Shown here: piece by piece, positions 11,562 through 24,512 of the stretch
Numbering within the stretch: the first letter of the stretch is position 1
Layout: every line of letters begins with the position of its first letter
Source: Syncephalis fuscata S228
Lineage: Eukaryota > Fungi > Zoopagomycota
Assembly (NCBI GenBank): GCA_025786725.1
Contig: JAHLTZ010000013.1
Span: forward strand, 62,001-126,000
DNA: 64,000 nucleotides
Direction of reading: 5' to 3'
Made by a program: the position numbers and the translations under genes
Notes under the pieces: generated by a model
Told to the model about the DNA's origin: nothing
The model's database searches: none
What the model saw: only the letters and a program-made list of their open reading frames with translations

Positions 11562-12598
11562 GGTTTTCTTTTGTTATCAGTGCTTATACTGCTGAATACA
11601 AAAAAATAAAAGACTAGATACTTATGATGTGTGTGTGTGTTGTTTGCTAAGAAAGGAACACTGACAATTGCGTGGAATATAAAGCAGTTGTCCAAGATAC
11701 TTGAAACGTCATCCAAGTCCACCCCAATATCGGCGTACGATGTGCGTGTTACACTACAAAAAGTGTGAAGTCACCAAATAAAGCGATTGCGTTCCGTTGC
11801 TAAACGGATATCAAGTATTGTTAGTGCTATTTTTAGTTTACCCGGCCACTTCCGTATTGCTTTCTTTGTACAAGTTCTACTGATATGACCAGTTTATTAA
11901 CGATATTGGTACTATTGTAATCGTAATATCATATTTTACACCATATCTATCTTTATCTCTTTTTCAAACAAGCATATTTATTTTTACGTCGGGTCTGTCA
12001 GCAGATCAACGCTTTCTATAATTACCAAAAACGGTAATGACAGCAAGTTCATCAAGTATAACATTCTACAAATTAACATGTAATAAAATAACTAGCCGTA
12101 TTTATAATACTAATAAATCATAAATCATTTTACCCACTATGTGTATACAAACATCTTAACAAAAATATACATGGTTGTTACATCCAATGGCTTATAAGTA
12201 TAAAGCTAGCTGTTTAATTGTATATTATAGATACTATGTTTGTATTGTAAATCTTTGCCATACTTTACCCACAAGTCAAAGGTTTCATGATGACACTATG
12301 TATAAGGGGATATGTTAAAACGACTAAACATAGCAACACGGGGCTGTTTAGTTCGGAAGAAACCGTTATTGGTGGTTTAAGCTGGACAATAGTTATTAAT
12401 ATCATGTGGAATCAATTATTCATAGACTACATTGACCCAGCTGATCAGTCGAAAATCAAGTCATTAGTATTATTTATTATTATTGTTAATAATTAAAAGT
12501 ATTAAAAATAGTGATTTTATTAATGATTTACCAAAGAATGTAGTATTATAATACTAAATCCTAAATTAGTCCATACAGAATAAATTTTTATGTATATT

Positions 12599-13033
12599 CT
12601 ATTCCTCATCACCATCTGAATCATAGTCTTCTGGTTTAGGTCTAGTAATACCATATTCGACAATACAGGTGTACTTGTTAATACTAATTTTGCCCGCAAT
12701 GTTGATTTTTTTCATAAAGTACTTGGACAGACCAATGGCGCATCTGACGGTTACCTCTTTGCCTGCCAAGCGGCCGTATTTATGACACTTGAATCGTTTA
12801 GTAATCTCCCAGCTGTTTGTACTCAAAAATAGATGTTCTTTGTTAACGGAATATACTGATCCGGCAGGCGAATCTGCATTTAAAGCATGTTGGCAGTTTG
12901 GTGCATCAAACGGAGCTTTTGGATCGTAAAGTTTACCAAAGTCCGTCGGCGTAGCTTCAGCAACCGAGATAATCGACACAGCACCCATCCAGAGCTGGAA
13001 AGCAATAGTCATCAAGCTGTTTGGCGCAACCAT
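12599..13033 (-). CDS. Small secreted protein of unknown function (144 aa, 4 Cys)
   Basis: Single-exon ORF with a hydrophobic leader ending AEA|TP, an acidic tail, and an upstream TATA-like tatataaa near 13160. Confidence 0.65.
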   Translation of the reverse strand: MVAPNSLMTIAFQLWMGAVSIISVAEATPTDFGKLYDPKAPFDAPNCQHALNADSPAGSVYSVNKEHLFLSTNSWEITKRFKCHKYGRLAGKEVTVRCAIGLSKYFMKKINIAGKISINKYTCIVEYGITRPKPEDYDSDGDEE

Positions 13034-14475
13034 GGTGTACGTTTAGAATGTTAATCGTTAGAGGTGAGAAAAGCGTGAAGCAGGGGTTAATTCGTAAAAA
13101 TTAGAGTAGTTTGCGGATGATGATATAAAATAGCAATAAACACAGAATTCATTGCGGTTTATATAGCTAGCGGAGCATTAATGAACAAAAAAATTACACT
13201 GGTATGTATAGGATTACAAACTGGCTGAATACAGATAGCAACACTACATTACCTATTCGGTCCTTCCATGAAGTTAGGTGTAACAATTACAGAGTTTTAG
13301 CGTTTGGATTATGGCTCGTTTTGTTAGTACACGTGCCAGACAAATAAATTATATTTCGCATTAAGCAATATCATGTGTTGCTTATCAGCTGATAGCTGCA
13401 CGTATGAGTTTTAAATTAATACCAGTAATTGCTATACTTTTTAAGCTAATTAAAACAAAAAGCAAAACCCATCAATTGCATTACTAGTACAATGCGGTAA
13501 TAGCCATTGGCCTATAATAGACCATATCTTTGGTTATACAAGCAATGGACATCACCGGCACTAAGACAGCTGTATTTTATTTGAACGATGGTCATGGCAA
13601 CAGGCTTGTTACCATTTAACATGCTCGTGTGTGTACAAAACCGAAATTACTGTAATAGCACGATATTTTTCATAGCCTATATACCTCGTGTACTGAGTTT
13701 TAAAACTGGTGCATTTGACAGGTTGGTATCAAGCTAGATAACCAATTTAGAAAGCAAATAATGTGCTTTAAGCATTAGCAGTTTGGAAAATAGAGAACAA
13801 CGCAACTGCGAATAACAAGTAAGTTTCAAGCGAGTAGACATGTACAAGCTGGCTACTAAGAATTTTAAATTACATAGTTGGCCTTAAAACAGATTGTGTA
13901 TATACGCGGCTATTGCGTAAATGATTAAAAATAGTTAATTGAATTGTACTGATAAAATACAAGCTAGCTAAAAAGATGTTTATAAATTTATTTGCACTAT
14001 TACATGTGACGATTACAAACACCGAACGAACACGTGGAGCATTAGGGAACCGCCCGTAAATACTTTCATCCTAGTAAATGAAATTTAGTTTCAGTTGCCA
14101 TATCGATGCCCAAGTTCACAATTAACGCCAGTAAATTCATATAGTAATATAGCATTAAAAATTACACACAAACAGTAAATTGGTTTTTTAACATTAAACA
14201 ATAACATAATTTATATAATCACTAATGTATAATTTTGATAAAACATAGGGGAAATAGGCATAATAAATGATACGAAATATAGCAGTAATAATGAACACTT
14301 GAGCATTACTGGCATTAAAGATGTATATACGTGCTGTTGTAATTGAATAGGTGTATGTCTATCCATTGCACGTTAAAAATATCTATCTCGTTAACCATAG
14401 CACGTTAAGAGATACAATCACATTGCTGTGTTGGCCATGATTCATGATAGTAACCAGATATTTACATATCAGCCA

Positions 14476-16326
14476 TTACACGCGCAACTCCTTGAACCGA
14501 TCTTCAATACGAGGTTTCGGTATCGCTGGACTAGCGTCGTCGCCATCGTTATTTGCGGATCCTATCGTATTGAAGGTCGCTATTGCCTCGGACTTTGTGG
14601 TATATCGTCGCAATTGGTCGGCCGCCTCTAGCAGCGCTGGTGTCAAATGATGGTGCTCATTGCCTGATTCGGCATGGTTGTCCGTGCACACTTCAATTCC
14701 TTTAATCCACTGTCGAGTAGTTGCAACAATGATTATAATAAGTAATCAATAAAACATAATTCAATTAAATAATCACTTACTGGGTCTTCTAATATCTGCT
14801 CGACGGTGATACGCTTTGAAGTGTCCGGTTCCAAAATACGATACATTAGGCGACGACATGATTCAGACAGCTTAAGGAACGGTTCAAAAGCGCCGGATCT
14901 ACGTCGTTCCAAAAATCCAAGATAGTTGGGATCGGTCCGGTTAGCTTGTCGGAATGGAATGCTTTGGAAACGCATGGCATAATAGACAATACCGCATGCC
15001 CATATATCGACTTTACGGCCATCGTATTCACGTCCTGTAAACTCTTCTGGCGCAATATACGGCTCTGATCCACATAAACCCTTTGAACGATGATTCTTGC
15101 CCTCCCAGCAGACACGGAATACATCTGATACGCCAAAATCAGTAATTTTTAGCTGGCCGTGCATGTCCATTAGTAGATTCTCCGGCTTAATATCTCTATG
15201 AGCCACGCCCATAGAGTGCAAATAGCCAATGCCTTGAATCAGCTGGCGGAAGCAACAGTTGATTTCAACAATAGTCATACAGTTGCTTTTAATGATGTGG
15301 TACAGATCGCCGCCAGGGCAGTATTCCATAACTTCACACCATTGCCAGTTTTCATCTTGAACTAAATCCACCATTTTTACAACATTGGGATGATTTAAAC
15401 TGGCTGATATGCAAAACTCGCTGGTTAATTTCTTGATGTATTCCCTTTCCGTTCATCTCTACGGCGTTTACGGAATTCCTATCAATGCCATAATTAATCC
15501 AATAGCCGCTAATTATCGCTTTATCGCTTACCTTAACTGCATATAGCGTCTCGCTAGATGTGCCATTTATATCCTCAAGTCTTCTGGCAAGACGAACCAC
15601 GGCTGATGCACCTCTTCCAATTAGACCGGCGTCACAAATACCATACTTTTTGTGTAATTGTGCTCTTTGTTCGGGCTCTTCTTCCTCTTTACGAGCAAGG
15701 CTATTGCCACGAGTAGCTGCTGCCCGATTAGCACGAGCTACATGAGCAGCAGTTGATCCTGAAGGCGAATCACCAAATGGATCGTCATCATCGTTATCTG
15801 AATCAGCACCAAAGTCGCCGCCAATAAAGGCTTGGATTGATGATGCAGATCGTTGGATAAATGGCTTATTTGCCGATGAACTTGCCGCTGCATTACCAGA
15901 TGCATTGGCACTAGCATTTGCATTAGACGATTGACGTTTTGAGTCGCCATGAATAAGTCGTTCGAGTAGTCCTGGCTTTTTAGCAGGCGGAGACGGATTA
16001 GCAGGTGCTTTATCCGTGCTAGCAGACCGTGGTGGTTCCAACAAACCATCTTTTAAATGACTAGAAGACGCTCTGTTAAATGAATCTGGTTCGCTACTTG
16101 GCGTTGTTGCATCCGGATGGTATGTATTAACTCGGCGATGTTGCCGTACACTTGCTTCTGAGTTTAAAGCACGATCTTGCTGAGCGGCAGTGGCAGCGGT
16201 AGCGTTCTGGCGTGTAGAGTTACGATGACGAGTATTGTCAACTGATCGATGGTGTGGAGCGCTTTGTCGACGACGAACATGCAAATCCATGCCAGGGGCC
16301 CAACAGTCAGTCGAGAAGGTTACCAT
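14476..16326 (-). CDS. HAL/NPR-family Ser/Thr protein kinase (Hrk1/Sat4-like)
   Basis: Motifs IGRGASAVV, YAVK, EFCISSLNHPNVV, MEYCPGGDL, HRDIKPENLL, DFG, GSEPYIAPE. Long disordered N-terminus; 3 exons. Confidence 0.9.
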
Positions 16327-17939
16327 CTTAACAAGAGAGTAGGTGGAACTATGAGAAAATAAAAATGACTATCAGCGGTGCACAGGCACCTGAAATGAAA
16401 ATGATAAGTATTTATAGCTGACAAATGCTTATATCAGCCGAGTAAGCCACAGCTTGTTAAAGATTTGGCAGACAACGCTATTATAACACAATCAGTAACA
16501 AATAATGTCAGTCATTTAAACAATTTATGATTTTGCAAATGTATTACTACACTGTAAGATGTAGCAATAAAATCCTTAACTTACCAAAATCTACAACAGA
16601 AAATTGATTGCTGCTGCTTTTCAAGTGCCAGTTATAAAATGGAGCAGCTATACTACTGCTCTTTGTAAAATAATTTAGTGCTGTAATGCTAACAGAAACA
16701 AGGCTTGATGGCAAATAGTAAAGAAACAGAGATGAAGCGAGAATGGTCTGTAGCACAGTAGCTGATAACCAAAAGCAATGAACGCCGTTCTTGCTATGCA
16801 AAGTTCAACAAAAACCGATAAGATGAAGAAGAGAGGAGACCGCTGTGCACTACACAAAGTTTGTAGATGTAAACCTTCGGTACAGAATGTCAAGGTGAAA
16901 ATGGAAGAGCGAATAGAACAGATACTCCACCCATCCGTGCAGCTAACAAAAGAGCTGGGCAATAACTGACAGTGAGAGAGAAGGTGGTAGATGAATATGG
17001 CAGTTGATAATACGGAGCTATTTGCTTCGAGTCCCATATATTTTTTTCTGGAAATAAAAAATGTCGGTCTCAAGCTTCACCTCAGTTTTCAAGTAGAACA
17101 GTGACAATATGTTATCATATATCTTATTTAGCTTATTAATTCGATATAATAGTTTCTTTTTACAGATATTAGCACCCTGCAGCTAGTTACATTAATACAG
17201 CTACATTGACATTGCTGATTTAACAAAAATGATATTTTAAGTTACTATTTAAAACTATCGTCGCGTAACATTTTTAGAAAAGCAAAGCGATGAATTACTA
17301 GCTAAATAAATAAAATGTATTTATTTTAACAAGCCTAAATCCATTATAACTGTCTGCACGCGCTAATAACTTTATATTTTTGACGATCAATAATCAATAG
17401 TGCAATCCTATAGAATCATTAGTTACTATAATAGTAATAAGGAAGCCGTAGTTTCACCACAGTACATAACGGAACTTACTAATTTTTAGCCAAGTTTTTT
17501 CCAACAAAGGATAATCATTTTTCCATGAATTTCACATTGCAAATAGTCAGTGATATAAGTATGACGAAATAGTACAATTAATGACTGTTTTTTTTTGCAA
17601 AACTGCATATTACAGTGACATTTGACTAAACTATTTAGAAAATGGTTTCAGTGTATGAAAGTGTAGTGCAGTCATGGTTTTAAATGTGCATAACAAATTG
17701 CATTTACTAAATAGTAGATTTAAATACACTGGCTTAGGCTTTTTGTTTAATTAGAATTAAACAAAGTTTAATAAGTATTGATGTTGTTTATTCTATAAAA
17801 CTACTTATTCGTAAAATGCAGCATAAGACTATGTGTGGTTTATACGGCCAAGCCTATCATTCGGAATCAATAAATATAATCTGGAAGGCTACATTTGAAT
17901 TCAGATATAAAAATTGATGGTCTAAAGAATGCTGTCCAA

Positions 17940-19199
17940 TTAGACAGTGCTTGGTGGAAGGGCAGCATCGAAGCCAGTTGGTGTATTAGCTGTTGATACT
18001 CCAGTGGCGGTATTGCTAGTTTGGGATTTATCAGCACTGGCAGACGTGCTGGCACCAGTATTAACATTGCTACTAAGATTAAGATTAATATTAGTATTGT
18101 TAGTATGACCGGTGCTAGCAGTAGTGTTGGCAGTATTGGCAGTGTTGGCAGTGTTGGCAGTATTGGCAGTATTGGCAGTGTTGGCAGTGTTGGCATTTGG
18201 AATGGTGGAAGAGCTGGTAGAAAAGCTGGAGTTAGGTAGGCTATTTTGTGTACTCAATGTCGAGTCCAAGTCAGTGCTACTATCTCCATCAAATGAATTA
18301 TCGAATGAATTACCAAAGGTATTATCCGTAGTAAAAGGCTTAGTATTAACACTAGTGGCACTATCAGTGCTAGTATTCATACCATTGTTTGAGCCGTTGG
18401 ATAGATTCATATCATTGTTTGAACCATTAGATAGATTCATACCATTGCTTGAACCATTAGATAGATTCATACCATTGTTTGAACCATTAGATAGATTCAT
18501 ACCATTGTTTGAACCATTAGATAGATTCATACCATTGTTTGAACCATTACTCATACTAGTATCAGCTTTCGTAGCCACACCAGAGTTTGTATTGGAACTT
18601 GTGCCAGTAGTCATATCAGTGGCCAGATTCATATTATTGTTTGAACCAGTAAACGAATTCATACCATTGTTTGAGCCGTTGGATAGATTCATATCATTGT
18701 TTGAACCATTAGATAAATTCATACCATTGCTTGAACCATTGGACAAAGTTATACCATTGTTTGAACCAGTATTAATACTAGTATCTGTACTAGCACCAAT
18801 ACCAGTAACCACACCATTACGTATAACATTCTTCATACCATTCTCTGTATTAATGGCAGAATTGGTAGGCGTAACAGTATTGCCATTTGTAGTAGAGCCG
18901 TTATTTAGCGTACCGGAGGTGGAGCCAAAATCAGCGTTATTAATTCCCAATGAGTTGTCAGTAGCAGGACCAGGTAAATTGGAAGAAGACGCCATAACGG
19001 CACCATTGGTGGCCAATGAAGAACTGATTTTGTTCAATGAATTTTCATTGGTAAAGCCAAAGTTGGTGGGGCTAGCAGTAGTAGTGGAAGCTTGAGTCGA
19101 AGTGTTTTCAGTGGTTGTTTGAGGAATTGGAGAAGCGTTAGTCAAAGCCAAAGCGGCCAAAACCAAGATAGCCGTTAGAGGATAAGCGTGCATTTTCAT
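17940..19199 (-). CDS. Secreted Asn/Ser/Thr-rich repetitive protein
   Basis: Signal peptide MKMHAYPLTAILVLAALALTNA|SPIP. 10-aa repeats MNLSNGSNNG (30 bp) and (NTA)n repeats (9 bp). Confidence 0.85.
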   Translation of the reverse strand: MKMHAYPLTAILVLAALALTNASPIPQTTTENTSTQASTTTASPTNFGFTNENSLNKISSSLATNGAVMASSSNLPGPATDNSLGINNADFGSTSGTLNNGSTTNGNTVTPTNSAINTENGMKNVIRNGVVTGIGASTDTSINTGSNNGITLSNGSSNGMNLSNGSNNDMNLSNGSNNGMNSFTGSNNNMNLATDMTTGTSSNTNSGVATKADTSMSNGSNNGMNLSNGSNNGMNLSNGSNNGMNLSNGSSNGMNLSNGSNNDMNLSNGSNNGMNTSTDSATSVNTKPFTTDNTFGNSFDNSFDGDSSTDLDSTLSTQNSLPNSSFSTSSSTIPNANTANTANTANTANTANTANTANTTASTGHTNNTNINLNLSSNVNTGASTSASADKSQTSNTATGVSTANTPTGFDAALPPSTV

Positions 19200-20749
19200 A
19201 GTTGTGCTTAGACAAAAAGCAGTAAATCTGTGAGTAGAGGTCGTGTAGAGAGTTGGAATGCAAGTCTCAAAGAATCAAAAATCGTCTTCAGTAAAATGAA
19301 GGAAGGAAGCGTTGCAAAAGTATTGCGTCTAGCAAGTTATGGATAAGAAATAAGCTTAAACAAGTGCCGGCCATTTTTGCATAGTTTATATAACGTTATA
19401 TCGCTACGTAAATAGCCTGCGCCCATGATTTCCTAATATAAACAAATAGCGCTTTTCTCTGTATTATGGCTTGTTTTGGAATGCGCTTTTTCAATCATAT
19501 CAGACTGCGACGAGCTTTGGGCATATCAGAATGCAACAAAGCTAAGCTCGTTAAATTGCTAAACCAAAATAAGAAATATTGCTTTATTTAATTTTGTGAT
19601 GTAAAACACGGAGATTTCGAAAGTAGGAATACGGCCAAAAATGTAAAGGCTTTAAATAGATTATGTAGAATTCCACTAAATCATAACTTGATAGAGATCA
19701 ATGTATTAGCATCATCCATTACATTTGATGAGAAGAACTAAAACCAATGTCCAAATCTATTGATAACGGGTAACTAGAATTTTAAACGGTTAAATTGTTT
19801 AAGATTTCATGTAAATTACTACGCTTCGAAAATACTCGATTGCCAAATTAATTCCATATTTGTTTACTCTAGTATATTTTTGTACACTCAAATACGCATT
19901 TAATTGCTATCAACTTAATAATATAAATAAAAGTTGAAATTTTTATTAAAAGATATAACTGCAAATAAACCAATAAAAGTCTTGTCATTTTTTGTCGGAA
20001 AGCTTTTTCTCAATATTAAGATAGAAAGTTCGCCGACAACTATATGTATTCATGCTGTAATCGTTACTATTATAGAAATACTCCTTGTATCAAATACAAA
20101 GTCCGCCTCTAGAACTTTGACCAAAATAATTTTTATTTTATTTAGATTTTTTCATTTGATTTTTAATTAATCAGTATTGAATTTATAATTACTATGTAAT
20201 AGCTCAATAATAAATAGCTTTCTAACAAATTGATAGACGAATATAAATATTTATAAATTGGATTATTTATTTATTTAAATTTGCGTTTTAATGCTTTAGC
20301 ATTCTGCTATATGTTAAATGCTTTTGACTATTATGACAATACCGGCTTTTATGCTGTCGACTCTAACCGTTACGTTTTTATGTGGGCGATCCAGGAACAT
20401 TATCAGTAATTTATTTAATTAACTATTTTACTCATATTAAAACCGTTAAATTAACATTTATCAATATGTTAACACACTAGTACGGTTTCTTAATAGATAA
20501 CCACCTTTGATAGCAATTGTTGACAATAAAGCTCAAATAATTACCTCTGTCCAATTATTTTATAATATATAATACTAAACATTCTAACATCTTGCTTTTA
20601 TTGATTCAGTAATTAGCTTGATATTTGCTACACTTTTAAGTAAAAAGTTAACAAAAGCTTTTTAAAACCATTTTAGATTAAACATTAATAGCGTGCTTTA
20701 TTTATTAATAATCAATAAACATATCAATTACTAAAGCATCAATACTCAA

Positions 20750-23340
20750 CTAAAGCTGAGCAGCCAATGGCTCTCTCAATTTTACTCGTAATATGTCTAT
20801 CTGTTCATAAGTAAGCCCACAGCTATGAAGATATGATTCAACGCTGCTGTAACGCTCGCGTAATAACGCAATTGTACCAGCCATACAACCTGGTCTGTTA
20901 TCATTATTATTATCATTGGCTTTAAATCTATATATCGACAATATATCACTTACGGCGTTCCAAGCATAGCCTTAGCTTGTTCGACATCAATGTTACCGCT
21001 AGACAATTGGACAATCTTGCCAATTGCATAATCCGATGCTATGTTTATTAATTACGTTAATCACATTAGTATTATTTAGTAATTTAAAGTACTTACGAGG
21101 CGCTAGTGAGCCTGTAAGGCCATAATCCCAGCAAATGTAGCTTTCGTCAACGCCCGCCAATAGCTGCAAGATCATGGCTACTATTCCGGTACGATCTTTG
21201 CCTGCTGAGCAGTTAAAAGCAAATGGACGACCATCTTGTAGAATATATTCACAAATGCGCTTGAAAACATGTTGTCCCGTCTCCAAGATAGACTCGTATG
21301 CTGTATCCATTGTAATGTCAATTACTGCTGTCATCTATAAACTATTATCATCACAGCTACCTTTGATAAACCCTTCTGTTCCCTGCGTATACAGGTGAAA
21401 TCTTTTAACTAATTCAGTAGGCGAGTATTCGCCAATGCTAAATACAGGCAAATGCTCAACAGTCACTGATCCCACGTCTCTGAATAAAATGGTTAGGTGT
21501 TTAGCTATTTATCTGAAGACAATCTATTACTTACCCGTGAGGCCTAATCTCTACTTCCATATCAGAACGTAAGTCAAAAACACGCACAATACCTAATTGT
21601 TTTAGCGCATCGCGGCCATTTTCTGTAATCTCTGAAAATCTATTGTAACTCATTAGTTTCCAATAAACTGTCTACGCTAAATGCTTACTCGGCACATCGG
21701 AATACATATCGTGTACGCATCCAACCACCATGACGAGTGGGATAGCCACCAGCATCGCGAAAGTTTCTTACACCTTCAACTGGAATCACCCGAGAGGCCG
21801 ACATTTGTCGCCAACGAGGATGAATATATACGCCGGGCACTGCAGTGGCTGCCGTAGATCGTGCCGGGGCTCCAAATAAACCACCGCTCACCTTCACTGC
21901 ATTCTCCGGTGGAAAAGGCAGCGTAACTAATGCGCCATTTTCACCAAATGTGCCCAAATCGTGCGTTGTCACACTGTTATGGTCAAAAGGTGGTAGCGTG
22001 TCATTAGTGTGATCTACCGCCTTTATTTTCTCAATTTTGTCCAATGATTGTGGCAAATTGCTATGATCAGCGAATGGCGAGTCAGCCGATGCAACCAAAG
22101 TAAGATAACGTTTAGTAACCGCGCACACTTGATCAAAAAAGCCTTTATAGTTGTGATCGGCACCGGCTATCAGATGAAGCGTGTGCGTTGGAATAAGATT
22201 GGCAAAATGGACTGCATTACTGATTGACACCGTCTAAACAATCAAATGCTATTTAGACATCGTAAATGGCCTGTTGTAATAAACTTACCGTATCTTCTGT
22301 TCCATGAATAGTCAGCACCGAAACGCGAGGTGACATATCTATGACTGAAATGTTGCAATAGTATTAATGTGTTATTAATCGATAAGTATTTAAACCGCTT
22401 ACCGGCAGACATATCATAGAATGGCACACCAGCGGCATCCTTTTGCGATACTTCATATGACACAGTTCTTCCTGCTGCAATAAAACTCGTCTGTAATGGC
22501 TGCTATTGCGTATTATTATTTCGTCAATAAATATAATATTATTTTAAATCATAAACAATCTACCTGTTTAAGCAAATTCAACTGATCTTCTGTCGGTATC
22601 ATATCTGAAAAATCGAACCGAGCACTAATGTTAACAACATGCGGGATTTTATCCCCATGGATTACTGCATATGTCAAACCTGCCACACTACCTAAATACA
22701 GCAATTTAGTTAACGAAATTGTATACATCGACTAGGATTACCCCTAGAATGTCCAACAATTGCATAAACGTCATAATTGTGCTCTTTGATAAGATAATCT
22801 ACTGCGCACTCCAAATCATTAACTTCGTCCTAAGGCATTATTATACGCGTTAAACATCAATTGCATTTGCTAACATGCGTCATAACCTACAGAGAATCCA
22901 CCTAAAGTAAATTCGCCCTCACTGCCTCCATTGCCTCGAAAATCAAAGCGGAACGTATCGAACGGCAGTTCTCTGGCCAGTTTTGGTAGAAACAAGTAGT
23001 TTTTGTGACCTTCATTGCGTTCAGTTCAGTTACAGCTATAAATACATTCATTGCCCCTCCTACCTTGATAGCCGTGGCAAAGTATTACAACGCGTTTCCG
23101 AGCTGGACCATCTAATACATGGCCTTTTTCGCGCGACCTTGTGCATAGCGTTCCCGTTAGCAGGTGGCCGTTCCCGTTGACAAACGTGTGGGAGGATTCA
23201 TGGAGGCCAAGCAGGTTACGATATCCATTTTCTGCTACGATGTAGCGGTCACCAGCTTCTAGCGGTTGACCAGTACGGCCTGGTGCAGCTGTTGTGTTCG
23301 CCTGTGACTCCTGTTGAACATTCACGTTGGTTTCTGACAT
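20750..23340 (-). CDS. Alpha/beta-hydrolase + tyrosine-phosphatase-like (Y_phosphatase3) fusion protein
   Basis: Hydrolase motifs VILCHG, RFDFRGNG, GHSRG, HGTED, ADHNY. Phosphatase motifs RNFRDAGGY, VFDLRS, FNCSAGKDRTG. The exons splice in frame. Confidence 0.85.
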
Positions 23341-24512
23341 GTTGAATTTGAATTAAACGTCGCCTGAACTCGAGTTAGCAAATAGAGGTGATAGGAATAG
23401 AGACAGCGTGGTTGATAGGAAAAAGCTCATCAACATGTACGACATATAATGGCATTACTGCGTTTTAAAGACCGATAATATCTGGTTGGTATTGTCGGCA
23501 ATAGCAAAGCCGATCTTGGGACGCACTTTCCAAGTACGATTCATTTGTAATCGTACTCCATCAAGTCTTAATCGAGGGGTGTTGAAACTCCGGCTTGAGC
23601 CATCTAATAACAAGGCTGTGTATTGCTGACAACATCTGATGATTGGCATAGCCTTTGAAGCAGGAGGCGCATGCTGTAATTTGACTTTAGGCAGCCAATA
23701 TTGATATAGCTAACAAGTTTTTCGGTACGGAAAAGTATTGCGCGAGGATAGCTGAAAACGTGTGTTACGTTCAGTCATGTGAAAGACATAACTGCTTGGA
23801 TTGGTGACTTGTTATCGTTAGTATCGTTATTTGTAGCTGTCGCTAATGTATCACCGACAACAAGGCAAGGCCCCAGCATTACACCCATGGCCGATAATAG
23901 ATGAAATGTAAAACTGGCGTGCTTATAAAACCTATTTAAATATAGTTTTATATGAACGTTTGTTATAAATGATATCACGAGATGTCATAAGGGGAGCACG
24001 ATCGTAGCCCATTCAAGCATCATACTGCTTCAGTCCCCCCCTTTCTTAAATTTTTTAAAATTGCTGATTGTAGACTGTCGTAAGTTTTTTTAGCATAACG
24101 AATTAGCAAATATTTTGCTATTAATTGATGGTTGCTAGTAATGGTATTGCTACCGTGGTTCGGTGCAAATCCAACTGCGCTCATCAATCATACGTGTTTT
24201 CCTACATTCTGCCAATCATGGTAGACGCCGCCTAACCATGTGCCTTATCCTAGCATGCTCTTCCTTGTACAGTAAACAGCAGGCCGTGTAACCTTTTACG
24301 CATGTATCAACTTTAGTCCAAGCACAGTTTGTAGACAGATTCACAGACCTCTGCGCCTTCTTTTTCTATCTGTTTTCTATCATCCAACTGTTCGTATTTT
24401 GATATTAAAGTATTTAATATTTCAGAGTTTTTTCTGTTTGTGCATATTTACCGTTTTAATAACTTCAATCGCCGACGTTCATTTGATTATAATTAAATCT
24501 TGCGGATTATTG

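Noticed and set aside
18112-19095. 327-aa antisense ORF with (FIPLFEPLDR)n repeats
   Set aside because: Shadow of the repetitive secreted gene on the minus strand; GTG start. The same applies to 42089-42718 and 45183-45611.
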